Of a DNA stretch of 44,324 nucleotides, positions 19,643 through 29,364 are shown one piece after another. Within the stretch, counting starts at the first letter, position 1; every line of letters starts with the position of its first letter. Below the pieces are notes generated by a model, which worked only from the letters and a program-made list of their open reading frames with translations, was not told the DNA's origin and made no database searches. The DNA is taken from the NCBI GenBank assembly GCA_044356215.1, contig JBIKWQ010000023.1:1-44324 (forward strand), written 5' to 3'. The position numbers and the translations under genes were made by a program. This DNA is from Bdellovibrionota bacterium. GTDB lineage: Bacteria > Bdellovibrionota_C > UBA2361 > OMII01.

Positions 19643-20866
19643 ATGCCTGTCTATGAATATTCCGCTCTTAATCAGAGCGGCAAGCAGATAAAGGGGTCAG
19701 TCGAGGCGGATAGCGTCCGCACTGCTCGCCAGAAACTGCGCGTTCAAAACATTTTCCCGACTGACATCAAGGAATCTCTTAAGGCCTCCGCTGAAAAGTC
19801 CAAAGACGTCAAAAAGCTGCTGACCAGTGACCGCGTATCACTCAAGCAGCTAACTCTGGCGACCAGACTTTTGGCGACCTTATCCAACGCTGGACTACCC
19901 CTAGTTGGCGCCCTTCTGGCTCTTTCTGACCAGGTCGACTCTCCGGCTCTTAAGCGAGTTATTGTGGACATCAAAGAACGCGTTGAGCAGGGTTCGTCTC
20001 TAGCAAAGGCTCTCGGCGTTTATCCAAAGATCTTTCCGCGTCTCTACATCAACATGGTTGCTTCAGGTGAGGCATCGGGAACTCTCGATACGGCGCTTGA
20101 GAACTTAGCTGATTATTACGAATCTCAGCTAGAGCTTCGCCGTAAAGTAACTAATGCCCTATTCTATCCAGTACTGATGTTTTTTTTCTGCATCCTGGTG
20201 GTTATCGCGCTGGTTGTATTTGTAGTGCCAAATATAGTTGAGATCTTTGTAAAGCAGAAGGTAACCTTACCTCTGCCCACACGATGCGTGATATTTATCT
20301 CCGATTTCGTGATTGGGTATTGGTGGCTAATGCTCGGCTCTATCGTTGCTCTGGTATTCTATGTAAAACAACGCTATGCCACACCTGCAGGCAAGGCATG
20401 GTTTGATAACTTCTTCTTGAAAATCCCGATCTACGGCTCGATCTACCGAAAGGTCTCCACCGCTCGAGTCGCTACCACCCTAGCTACCCTCCTAAACGGA
20501 GGTGTTGAGGTTCTTGCCGCGTTAGATATAGTCAAAAACATCATCGGAAATACTCACATGAAAAAGGCTCTGGAGGATGCTCGTGAGGGTGTCAAAGAGG
20601 GGCGCAGCCTAGCCAAGGAGATCTCTAAAAGTGGCTACTTCCCTAACCTCTTATCACAGATGGTGGCGATCGGCGAGAAGAGCGGTCGGCTAGAGCCGAT
20701 GCTCAACAAGGCTGGGAAAACCTTCTCCGCCGAGGCTAACTCGTCGATTGCCGGCCTAACTACCATTCTAGAGCCGCTGATGATTATTTTCCTAGGAGTC
20801 ATTGTTTTCGCCATAGTGATATCCGTTCTATTACCGATGGTTGAGCTGATGCAGATTGTCGGCTAG
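19643..20866 (+). CDS. gspF: Type II secretion inner membrane protein F
   Basis: MVASGEASGTLD, ALFYP, LPLPTR, MVAIGEKSGRL, LEPLMI. Confidence 0.95.
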   Translation: MPVYEYSALNQSGKQIKGSVEADSVRTARQKLRVQNIFPTDIKESLKASAEKSKDVKKLLTSDRVSLKQLTLATRLLATLSNAGLPLVGALLALSDQVDSPALKRVIVDIKERVEQGSSLAKALGVYPKIFPRLYINMVASGEASGTLDTALENLADYYESQLELRRKVTNALFYPVLMFFFCILVVIALVVFVVPNIVEIFVKQKVTLPLPTRCVIFISDFVIGYWWLMLGSIVALVFYVKQRYATPAGKAWFDNFFLKIPIYGSIYRKVSTARVATTLATLLNGGVEVLAALDIVKNIIGNTHMKKALEDAREGVKEGRSLAKEISKSGYFPNLLSQMVAIGEKSGRLEPMLNKAGKTFSAEANSSIAGLTTILEPLMIIFLGVIVFAIVISVLLPMVELMQIVG

Positions 20867-20958
20867 AGAAAAGGTTCAATATGGCGCTGTTTGGAAGAAA
20901 CTGAGATTATACATGTGTACGTTCAATTTTGGATTAAACAGAGCTTAAGGCTTAAGTT

Positions 20959-21378
20959 ATGAAAGACAGATTACTAACATTTATCGACCCGCGAATCGCG
21001 TTAAATATCCGCTCAGCTAAGGATGCATCGCAGCGTGGCTTAACTTTAATCGAGATTATCGTCGTGCTTATGATGGTTGGAATCATAGGCGCGTTTATCG
21101 GAGGCAAGGTTTTTAAGGCTGGAGATAAAGCTAAGGCCGAGCTCACAAGAGCCAAGCTAAATAGCCTAAAGGAGCCTATCTATATTTTTCAGATGAGAAA
21201 TAGCACCCTCCCCCAATCACTAGCCCAGGCTGAGGCAGATGACACTAAGGACGCTTGGGGCCGTGAGATCCAATTTCGTGTAATGGACGGAAGGGGCTAC
21301 GAGCTACGCTCACTCGGAGGCGATGGCCGAGATGGCGGCACTGGTGCCGACGCTGATATCATCGTTACCGGGCCATAA
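20959..21378 (+). CDS. gspG: Major pseudopilin G (short)
   Basis: QRG|LTLIEII prepilin motif; DAWGRE...YELRSLGGDGRDGGTGADADI C-terminal motif. Confidence 0.88.
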   Translation: MKDRLLTFIDPRIALNIRSAKDASQRGLTLIEIIVVLMMVGIIGAFIGGKVFKAGDKAKAELTRAKLNSLKEPIYIFQMRNSTLPQSLAQAEADDTKDAWGREIQFRVMDGRGYELRSLGGDGRDGGTGADADIIVTGP

Positions 21379-21389
21379 CAGAGCGCTTA

Positions 21390-22064
21390 ATGAAGTTGCC
21401 TTGTGCAGTACCCCATCAACGTGGTGGCGGGTTCACACTAATCGAACTCGTTCTTGTCATAGTTGTTGTTGGGTTGTCGATGGGACTCCTATCAGTACGT
21501 CTCGGAGCGGTAGATTTCTGGCGCGAGCAATCAACTCTCCGCAAGTTAACCGAGACGATCGTGCTTTTGAACAATCAAGCCATCCTCGACCAGCAGTTCT
21601 ATCGCATGGAGTTCGATCTGAAAGGGAACTCCTTCAAGGTTGGTGTAATGCGTCCAGATAACGCCGGTCTTGCGGGAACCTCTAATGGGAGACAGGCGGC
21701 TTTTAACCTCGATACTCTTGAGGAGGACCTGGCGCTGCTGTTGAGTCCGGAGTCATCATCCAGCGCGACTATGATCCCTCCGCCGAGTATGCCGTCACTG
21801 GCTGAAGCGACGAAATTAGGGGGGCGTTATGTATTACTCGATGTGGTAACTTCAGAGGGTAAATTTTCGCGAGATGCTGAGGATATCCCAAATCCGGCGA
21901 TTAGATTCTCTCCGAGGGGGGTCTCCGATTTTGGGGTTATACACATCAGCACAGGTGGAGAAACCGCGATTACGATCTTGGCTAATCCTTGGACAGGGTT
22001 GGCTGAAGTCTATCCTGGCTACAGGGATTTTAAATGGACTATGCCCCGACAAAGCGGCGATTAG
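21390..22064 (+). CDS. gspH: Minor pseudopilin H-like
   Basis: GG|FTLIELVLV prepilin motif; IRFSPRG; position after gspG. Confidence 0.75.
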   Translation: MKLPCAVPHQRGGGFTLIELVLVIVVVGLSMGLLSVRLGAVDFWREQSTLRKLTETIVLLNNQAILDQQFYRMEFDLKGNSFKVGVMRPDNAGLAGTSNGRQAAFNLDTLEEDLALLLSPESSSSATMIPPPSMPSLAEATKLGGRYVLLDVVTSEGKFSRDAEDIPNPAIRFSPRGVSDFGVIHISTGGETAITILANPWTGLAEVYPGYRDFKWTMPRQSGD

Positions 22065-22522
22065 CTGGCTCCTCGGCTGATAGCAACAGAGGCTTCACCT
22101 TTATTGAGGTAACGGTCGCTCTCGCCCTTCTAGCTGTCGCCGCGAGTATTCTAATTGGTATGCAAGGAGCCGCCGTCAGACGAACCCTCAGGGACACGAA
22201 TGCTCAAACGGCGATGCTTGTAGCACGTAGGATCATGGCATCAATCGAGATCCTTAATGACGCTGAATTCTCATTCCCCTCTCAGAGCAACGCCCCTGTT
22301 ATAGACTTAATGCAACAGTTAAACATAACAGGGCTCGGAGAGAAGGCGGAGTCCCCCGCGCTGAACAATATGACAGCCAATATCTCTGTAGAGGACATCG
22401 AGATACCTATCCCAACGAACGAATCAATTGAGCAGATGCGGCGGGTTATCTTAAAGCTGACGTGGGGTCCGGGTTATGACGAATCGATTCAGTTAGTGTA
22501 TCAGAGGCCTAGACAGCAGTAG
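22034..22522 (+). CDS. gspI: Minor pseudopilin I-like
   Basis: RG|FTFIEVTVALALLA prepilin motif; RRVILKLTW. Confidence 0.75.
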   Translation: MDYAPTKRRLAGSSADSNRGFTFIEVTVALALLAVAASILIGMQGAAVRRTLRDTNAQTAMLVARRIMASIEILNDAEFSFPSQSNAPVIDLMQQLNITGLGEKAESPALNNMTANISVEDIEIPIPTNESIEQMRRVILKLTWGPGYDESIQLVYQRPRQQ

Positions 22523-23254
22523 ATGAAACGGCCACCGATTTACAGATCAAAGCAGGGTGAGAATGGGCTCACATTAATAGAGGTGATCATAGCCATCGCG
22601 ATCTTGGCGGTCATGGTTACTCTCAATTATCAGATGTTACGTGGTATCGTAACGGCCAAGGAGCTTATAGAGGATCGTCGAGACGCGATGTATATCGCTA
22701 ATTCTCTCCTAACCAGACTTTCCCGTGAGCTACAATTAGCCGTTGCTATACCAGGTAGGAATATTTTCAACTGTCCTGACGGCCCAGTCGCCGCCCCACC
22801 TCCACAGAATCAGGGAGCGAGCCCAGCTAGATATCTCTCCGGTGAATCCGACGAAAGAGGAGCCACTATTCAGTTTATGGCTAAGGGTGCCGGTCAACAA
22901 ACAGCTGACGCTAGTGGTCAAACCGGAGTGGTTATGTTGAAGTATTCGATGCAGCAGGACCCAGAGCGTCGCTCAGAACGTGACGCGCCTCTAGCGTTAG
23001 TTCGCTCAGAAACCCCTTCATCTGGCCAAATTCTGCGAGACTGCGCTAAAGAGATCCATTTTCCGGTCACTAACAACCTAGTCGCATTTAGTCTCCGATT
23101 TTACGACAATAAAACTAAATCCTGGACCACTAATTGGGATGAACAAAGAGGCGGCAAGCTCCCGATAATAATTGAGTTCACAGTTTCGCTTTTAAGCCCA
23201 AAAGGCAATGTGATTACCGCGACCTCCGCGGTAAGGGTTACTTCAGCGGAATAG
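22523..23254 (+). CDS. gspJ: Minor pseudopilin J-like
   Basis: NG|LTLIEVIIAIAIL; FSLRFYD...W...W...LP..IEF C-terminal pattern. Confidence 0.8.
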   Translation: MKRPPIYRSKQGENGLTLIEVIIAIAILAVMVTLNYQMLRGIVTAKELIEDRRDAMYIANSLLTRLSRELQLAVAIPGRNIFNCPDGPVAAPPPQNQGASPARYLSGESDERGATIQFMAKGAGQQTADASGQTGVVMLKYSMQQDPERRSERDAPLALVRSETPSSGQILRDCAKEIHFPVTNNLVAFSLRFYDNKTKSWTTNWDEQRGGKLPIIIEFTVSLLSPKGNVITATSAVRVTSAE

Positions 23255-23260
23255 CGAGTG

Positions 23261-23983
23261 TCAAATCAACGGCCTGGCTAAAACAGCGCCGGTAATAATG
23301 TGTCCATCGTGAAAGCTGACCCCCACATCCATCTCTATCACACCTGATGACAACGCAGGCAGCCTGACAGAGGCTTTAAAGGCATCTTTTCCCGGCACCG
23401 GTGTGAGATGCGCGACATCGAAAGCAAACCACACGCGACGAAGCGGATACAACGCTTTAAAAACGCTCTCCTTCGCGGAAAACAATCTAACTGCGCGCTC
23501 GGTCCGTAAAGCAGGATCCGAGCGAACCCAGTCGAACTCATCTGGGTCAGCGAACCTTGCTATTAATTCATCCGTATAGCGTTCTTCAATCAGTTGAATA
23601 TCGACACCTATAGCTGGCACATCTTGCTGCCACGCCGTCGCGGCGATCCCGTACCCGGCGCAGTGCGCTATGGAACCGACAACACCAACGGGCCACAGCG
23701 GTTCTCTATGCTCGCCTCTTAGAATCGGAGTAATTACTGGGAAGCCCGTTAGACTGAGGGCTTTCCGGGCTGCTGCCCTACCGAGACGGAAATCTTTGCG
23801 GCGCTTTTCAGAAACTGCGGCACCTAGAGCCTCACGCTCCAAGGGATGAAGCTCAAAATCAGAGATCTCATTCTCTCCGCAGATAACAAAGGACACCGAA
23901 GAGTCCTGGGAGAAAGGTGAGCTATTTTGCCCCTCGTCAGTTAAAAACTTTCGGGCACACTGAGTACCAGTACAATCTTCCAC
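23261..23983 (-). CDS. 4'-phosphopantetheinyl transferase (EntD/Sfp-like; start uncertain)
   Basis: KRRKDFRLGRAAAR, EPLWPVGVVGSIAH, IGVDIQ, FSAKESVFKA. Confidence 0.9.
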   Translation of the reverse strand: MEDCTGTQCARKFLTDEGQNSSPFSQDSSVSFVICGENEISDFELHPLEREALGAAVSEKRRKDFRLGRAAARKALSLTGFPVITPILRGEHREPLWPVGVVGSIAHCAGYGIAATAWQQDVPAIGVDIQLIEERYTDELIARFADPDEFDWVRSDPALRTERAVRLFSAKESVFKALYPLRRVWFAFDVAHLTPVPGKDAFKASVRLPALSSGVIEMDVGVSFHDGHIITGAVLARPLI

Positions 23984-24174
23984 TACATCCTCCGGGAAAT
24001 AAGCCCCTGGTGATAAAATATTTACAACTTCTTTAAGAACATGAGACCAATAGCCGCAACTAAATAAGCGTAGCAGAAAGCGCGATCGTATGCAAAGTCT
24101 ATGAGCGCTCGCGAGTAGACAAAACAGATAAATTTCAATAGCTTATCGCGCCAGAGAGGCTTTTCCTCTACTAG

Positions 24175-24927
24175 CTAAACTGCTCCTACTGCCTTCTTTC
24201 CGAAATACACCTCTTGCAGCCGCTCGTCGGCGCAGACCCGCTCTGGCGTATCATCGAGCACAACCGTACCGCTCTCTAGGACTACGATCCGTTTGCAAAA
24301 TTTCTGAATGAAGGTGATATCGTGCTCTATAACCAAAACCGTTTTACCCATCGCCTGTACCTTAGTGATAAACGCCGCGACCTCCTCTTTCATGCGCGGC
24401 GAAACACCTGCAGTCGGCTCATCAAGAAGTAGCAAATTGGCGCCTGTAGCTAAAACTCTGACGATCTCTAAAAGGCGCATCTGGCCGCCTGAAAGGCTCC
24501 CGGCTTTCTGATTGGCGCGCGCCTCAAGATGAATCTCCTCTAAGAACTCCATAGCCTTAGCGCGACGAGCTTCTTTTTTCGCGCCCCATGGAATGAGCGC
24601 TTCGAAAATACTATTTCGTGCCTCGAGCGCCACCAGGAGGTTCTCCATCAAGGTCATCTCTTTAAATATTCCGAAGTTCTGAAAAACTCTCCCCATCCCC
24701 TTCTTCGCGCGGTCATCAGCGCTGACAGAGGTCACATCCTCACCATTGAGCTTTATCGTGCCTGCGCTAGGAGTAGCGAAACCTGAAAGGGTATTAAAAA
24801 AAGTGGTCTTACCACTTCCGTTTGGACCGATGATTCCAACTGTCTCACCAGACTCAACGGTGAGAGAGATCCCATTTAAGATCTTACTCTTTTGAAAGGC
24901 GACGTGAATATCAGATACATTAAGCAT
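24175..24927 (-). CDS. Branched-chain amino acid-type ABC ATPase (LivG-like)
   Basis: IIGPNGSGKTTFFN, GRVFQ, LSGGQMRLLEI, LDEPTAG, IEHD. Confidence 0.88.
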   Translation of the reverse strand: MLNVSDIHVAFQKSKILNGISLTVESGETVGIIGPNGSGKTTFFNTLSGFATPSAGTIKLNGEDVTSVSADDRAKKGMGRVFQNFGIFKEMTLMENLLVALEARNSIFEALIPWGAKKEARRAKAMEFLEEIHLEARANQKAGSLSGGQMRLLEIVRVLATGANLLLLDEPTAGVSPRMKEEVAAFITKVQAMGKTVLVIEHDITFIQKFCKRIVVLESGTVVLDDTPERVCADERLQEVYFGKKAVGAV

Positions 24928-24930
24928 ATT

Positions 24931-25827
24931 TTACACCTCTCTTTGTGGTGGAAAGAGTGACCTACGATTTATATAAACAACTGTGAATAGAATAACCGCC
25001 TGAAGAAGCTGCCTTGCTGGTCCAAGGTAAGCAGAGTCGATCTCGATGAAACGCAGCGGCTCAGGCAACAGAACCAGGAACGCCGTACCAAGAGTGACAC
25101 CCCAAAAAGATCCGGGTCGCCCCACTACAACGATAGTGAGAACAAAAACCATCTCGCTAAGCGAAAAGGACGACGGGTCGATATAGTTTAGATAATAAGC
25201 GAAAAAGCTGCCTGCTAATCCTGCGGTGGCCGATGAAAGAAGGAAGCTGATGTTCCTAACGAGTCCCGTATCGCGCCCGACCGCGAGCATCGCTTCATCA
25301 TACTCCGCTTGTCCTCGTAAAAATCTCCCGAAGCCGCCCCTATGAAGCATAAAGAAGAAGATCTGGGAGAGAACAGCGACCAGGAATATAAGAACTAAAA
25401 AATTAGTGTTGTTATAAAAATCAAAGCCAAAGATCTCAGGTCTGGGGATTCCTGGGATACCTAAAACTCCCCGCGTGAGGCTCTTCCAATTTATCAACAA
25501 GCTAGACACCACTGAACTAAACGCGAGAGTACCGATCGCGAAGTAATCCTGCGTCAGCCTTAGCGAAATTCCTCCGAGCAAAACAGCGAAGAGACCGCTG
25601 GTTAGCATGCTGGCCAAAACACAAACCAAAAATCCGGCCTCTGCCTCTACAGAAAGGAGAGCAGTCGCGTAAGCCCCGATAGCAAACGAGGCTACATGTG
25701 CCAGGTTAAAAAGTCGTCCAAGGCCAAAGGTGAGATTAAGACCCTGAGCCAGGATGACATACATACAAACTAGGATCGCCAGATGTATAACGTACTCTGA
25801 TGCGAGGAACTCAAGAACTGCGCCCAT
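24931..25827 (-). CDS. Branched-chain amino acid-type ABC permease (LivM-like)
   Basis: NLAHVASFAIGAY, LRLTQDYFAIGTL, LTRGVLGIPGIPRP, YIDPSSF, LPEPLRF. Confidence 0.88.
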   Translation of the reverse strand: MGAVLEFLASEYVIHLAILVCMYVILAQGLNLTFGLGRLFNLAHVASFAIGAYATALLSVEAEAGFLVCVLASMLTSGLFAVLLGGISLRLTQDYFAIGTLAFSSVVSSLLINWKSLTRGVLGIPGIPRPEIFGFDFYNNTNFLVLIFLVAVLSQIFFFMLHRGGFGRFLRGQAEYDEAMLAVGRDTGLVRNISFLLSSATAGLAGSFFAYYLNYIDPSSFSLSEMVFVLTIVVVGRPGSFWGVTLGTAFLVLLPEPLRFIEIDSAYLGPARQLLQAVILFTVVYINRRSLFPPQREV

Positions 25828-25832
25828 AACAA

Positions 25833-26723
25833 CTACGCGCTCCTCTTTTTAACACCAAACAGACCTTGTGGCCTGAAGAGTAAAACCAGTAAAATAATCA
25901 GAAAAGCGAAGGCATCTTTGTACCCAGCCGGGAGGGAGTATCCTCCAAAATCCAGGCCGATCGAGAGATTCTCAACGAGTCCCAGGATGTAAGACCCGAT
26001 AACTGTTCCCCAGATACTACCCAATCCACCGAGTATCATCGCCGCGAAGGCCTTAATCGTATATGCGTTGCCCATCGTCGGCTGGAGATTTGTCTCGTAA
26101 CCTACAAGAACACCAGCATACGCCGCTAATACCGTGCCGATGATAAATACTGTGTAGTTAATCCTCCGAGCCCCGATTCCGAGCGCCTGGGACGCATGCT
26201 GGTTCTCTGACAGAGCTCGAACCCGCCGCCCGACACCGGTGCCGTGAATAATCAATGCCATAGTCACTAAGATAACCAGGGCGCTTACAATAATGATGAT
26301 CTGAATCGGCGTGATAAATACCCCACCGAATTCCCAGCTTGTTAGCTCCTCGCCCGTCGAGAGAGATCTCACGTTTACTCCGAAGGCGATCGACACGATC
26401 GCCTCCAACATAGAGGCCAACGCCAAGGTCGTCACAAACGGCAAGAGCGGGCTAAAGCGCAAAAACGCCATCACAAAGACTGAGAGTATCACCGCGCCTA
26501 CTATACCCATCGCCACAAGCGCTAATACTCCAGCGGTGGGTAATGAATTCCCTAGATCGAGAGAAAAAAAGAGAAATATGTAAGCCCCAAGCATCATCAT
26601 GTGCCCGTGAGCGAAGTTCAATATCTTAAGTAGCGCGAACGAGAGACACAAACCCGAAGCGGCCAGGGCGTAGATACTGCCGGTAATAAGCGAGTTAACC
26701 AATAACTGCGGGAGGATATCCAT
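25833..26723 (-). CDS. Branched-chain amino acid-type ABC permease (LivH-like)
   Basis: Start reassigned to ATG 26723 (MDILPQLLVNSLITGSIYAL); NFAHG, KAFAAMILGGLGS, LLFRPQGLFG. Confidence 0.88.
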   Translation of the reverse strand: MDILPQLLVNSLITGSIYALAASGLCLSFALLKILNFAHGHMMMLGAYIFLFFSLDLGNSLPTAGVLALVAMGIVGAVILSVFVMAFLRFSPLLPFVTTLALASMLEAIVSIAFGVNVRSLSTGEELTSWEFGGVFITPIQIIIIVSALVILVTMALIIHGTGVGRRVRALSENQHASQALGIGARRINYTVFIIGTVLAAYAGVLVGYETNLQPTMGNAYTIKAFAAMILGGLGSIWGTVIGSYILGLVENLSIGLDFGGYSLPAGYKDAFAFLIILLVLLFRPQGLFGVKKRSA

Positions 26724-26837
26724 GACCCAGATGCTAACACTGAGGGCGGATAATAGCCAAGAGACTTCAGGAGGCACCACCCCCTCCCGGAGGATCCAAA
26801 GCCCGCTAAGAAAGAGCGGCAAAAATCCGGTGAGTAG

Positions 26838-27851
26838 TTACTGCGGATCTGCTTTAACTAACTCAGCTAGCCCCTGCTCTACTGAGTAAGCTGGTATGTA
26901 ACCGAGGGTCTCTCTTGCAAATGAGATATCAGCCAATGAATGGGCGATGTCACCCTGCCTAAATGGCTCAAACTGTGGAGATGGCAACGAATCAGGCGCC
27001 TTTTTAAGCGCGCTACCGACGGATGCCCGAAGCATCCTCTCAAGCTCGAGCAAACTAGTTGTCGCTCCACACGCTATATTCACCACAGAATTAATTGCTT
27101 TGCTATCGGGTGAGGCTGTCGCCGCCCTGATATTAGCGTCTAGTACGTTCGCGATGTAGCAAAAATCTCGAGACGTAGTGCCATCACCATAGATCGTAAC
27201 TGCCTCTCCGCGAGACATCGCGGCAAGCCACCTTGGTATCACCGCTGCATACGGACCATTTGGATCCTGACGGGGGCCGAAGACGTTAAAATATCTAAGT
27301 CCGACAGTCTCAAGTCCAAATGCGCGCCCGTAAACCTGCGCATATATCTCGTCGATCCTTTTAGTGGCGGCGTAGGGCGATAGACAGTTACCGATCCTCC
27401 CCTCAACCTTTGATTTATCAGAGATGTCTCCATAAACTGAGCTAGACGACGCGTACACAACGCGCTTTACTCCCCCTACTCGTGCTGCCTCAAGAAGATT
27501 GATAAAACCATCGACATTTGACTCGTGCGAAGAGATCGGATCAGCGATAGACCTCGGAACAGACCCGAGCGCCGCCTGGTGCAAAATGTAACGGGGCGAG
27601 TGCTGGCGAACCAGTTCCGTGAGACTAGACCGATCCCTAATATCTAACTCGAAAAAAGCCAGTTTTGCGGACTTTTCACTAGTTAACGCGGCCTTAACAG
27701 CATCGATGTTTTTTTGTGAGCCCGTCGAAAAATTATCGACTCCAATCACGCGGTGACCGAGATTAAGCAGCTTCTCAACTAGGTGCGAACCGATAAATCC
27801 AGCCGCCCCTGTTACCAACCACGTCCCGTGTCCTACTCGCTCTTCTACCAT
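26838..27851 (-). CDS. UDP-GlcNAc(A) 4-epimerase, TviC/WbpP-like
   Basis: TGAAGFIGS, HQAALGSVPRS, YASSSSVYG, SPYAATK, LRYFNVFGPRQDPNGPYAAVIP. Confidence 0.9.
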   Translation of the reverse strand: MVEERVGHGTWLVTGAAGFIGSHLVEKLLNLGHRVIGVDNFSTGSQKNIDAVKAALTSEKSAKLAFFELDIRDRSSLTELVRQHSPRYILHQAALGSVPRSIADPISSHESNVDGFINLLEAARVGGVKRVVYASSSSVYGDISDKSKVEGRIGNCLSPYAATKRIDEIYAQVYGRAFGLETVGLRYFNVFGPRQDPNGPYAAVIPRWLAAMSRGEAVTIYGDGTTSRDFCYIANVLDANIRAATASPDSKAINSVVNIACGATTSLLELERMLRASVGSALKKAPDSLPSPQFEPFRQGDIAHSLADISFARETLGYIPAYSVEQGLAELVKADPQ

Positions 27852-27854
27852 CTC

Positions 27855-29144
27855 TTACAGACTCCAATACGCTACGTGAGCTGGAACGTCACTCGGATTA
27901 AACAACGATTTTATATCAACGAAAACTCCGCCCGGGATTACACGCTCCGCGAGAGATGAGATGCCAGCTTCTCGGATCTGCCGATGCCCCACAGCTACTA
28001 TCAATCCCTCGAGCCCGTTTAGGTCCGCTAGCGGACTTAGCTCCAACCCATACTCATGACGCACCACCTCTGAGTCAGCCAAAGGATCGTGAATTACAGG
28101 CTCTATCCCAAACTCCTTTAGCTCATAAGCTATATCCGGAACGCGGCTGTTACGGGTGTCGGTCACATCCTCTTTGAAAGTCACACCGAGTATGCCGATT
28201 TTAGCGCCTTTTAGCGCTATTCCAGATTGAATCATTAACTTTACCGTTCTTTGCGCCACAAAGCGGCCCATATCATCGTTGATACGCCTTCCAGCAAGTA
28301 TCACCTGCGGATGGTAGCCAAGCTGCTGCGCCTTTGCTGTCAGATAATACGGGTCAACTCCGATACAATGCCCGCCGACGAGTCCGGGAGAGAACTTAAG
28401 GAAGTTCCACTTGGTCCCCGCCGCCTGCAAAACATCCGTTGTGCGGATCCCCATCCGATCAAAGATAATCGACAGCTCATTCATTAAGGCGATATTGAGA
28501 TCTCTTTGCGTGTTCTCAATTACCTTTGCTGCCTCAGCGACACGAATACTCGATGCTTTAAATAAACCGGCTTTAACGACCGCACCGTAAACCTGGGAAA
28601 TTTTCTCTGTTACCTCTGGATTCTCTCCAGCGATCACTTTAACGATCTTCTCTAAGGTATGCTCTTTATCTCCAGGATTGATTCGCTCTGGCGAGTACCC
28701 CAGAAAGAAATCAACACCTCTAACAAACCCCGACTCTTTTTCAATTATCGGACCGCAAACATCCTCTGTAACACCTGGGTATACTGTTGACTCAAACACT
28801 ACAACCGCGCCTCGCTTAATGTTTCTTCCCACTGACTGACTGGCTTTTACCAGAGGGGTTAGATCGGGCTGGCGGTTTTCATCTATCGGCGTGGGCACGG
28901 CCACTATTATTACATCAGCTTCACCTAGAGACGTCTCATCGGTGGTAAAACGCACCTGGGATTCCTTAACCTCACCTTCAAATCCGTCACATGTTGGGTC
29001 CTGACCTGACAGCAGCGCATTTACCTTGCTGTCGCTAACATCAAAGCCAATAGTTTGCGGAAACGCACGCCCTAAGGCCAACGCCAGCGGAAGCCCAACA
29101 TAGCCCAGACCCACTACTCCAACTTTGGTAGCCTGATTCACCAT
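27855..29144 (-). CDS. UDP-N-acetylhexosamine 6-dehydrogenase, TviB/WbpO-like
   Basis: GLGYVGLPLA, AVPTP, ESTVYPG, YSPERINPGD, AEAAKVIENTQRD, GLVGGHCIGVDPYYL. Confidence 0.93.
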   Translation of the reverse strand: MVNQATKVGVVGLGYVGLPLALALGRAFPQTIGFDVSDSKVNALLSGQDPTCDGFEGEVKESQVRFTTDETSLGEADVIIVAVPTPIDENRQPDLTPLVKASQSVGRNIKRGAVVVFESTVYPGVTEDVCGPIIEKESGFVRGVDFFLGYSPERINPGDKEHTLEKIVKVIAGENPEVTEKISQVYGAVVKAGLFKASSIRVAEAAKVIENTQRDLNIALMNELSIIFDRMGIRTTDVLQAAGTKWNFLKFSPGLVGGHCIGVDPYYLTAKAQQLGYHPQVILAGRRINDDMGRFVAQRTVKLMIQSGIALKGAKIGILGVTFKEDVTDTRNSRVPDIAYELKEFGIEPVIHDPLADSEVVRHEYGLELSPLADLNGLEGLIVAVGHRQIREAGISSLAERVIPGGVFVDIKSLFNPSDVPAHVAYWSL

Positions 29145-29364
29145 TTCTCCTCATCTGGAAGCGTCTCTAACGCCAGCGGGGCATCAAAACCGACGCAGTA
29201 AAAAGTGACGGAATTTTAGCACCTTCTGCCTAAAATCCAAAATCCTCGCTCTATAGCAGGCACTCACGCCAAATAGCCGTTACCCCTGTGCCAGGAATTT
29301 CCTGCTAAGCTAGCCTGACTCAGGGGTAGTTTGGTATGGTTTAAGACAGACTAGGGGGCAAACC

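Noticed and set aside
23261..23983. PPTase as a marker of an NRPS/PKS cluster or of a CoA operon with PoK/PPS
   Set aside because: No carrier-protein or synthase genes nearby; about 10 kb from PoK/PPS and on the opposite strand.
26724..26822. N-terminal extension of livH in the ORF track
   Set aside because: Family-like sequence begins at ATG 26723; the upstream stretch holds a hairpin (CCGCT-N7-AGCGG) and looks intergenic.
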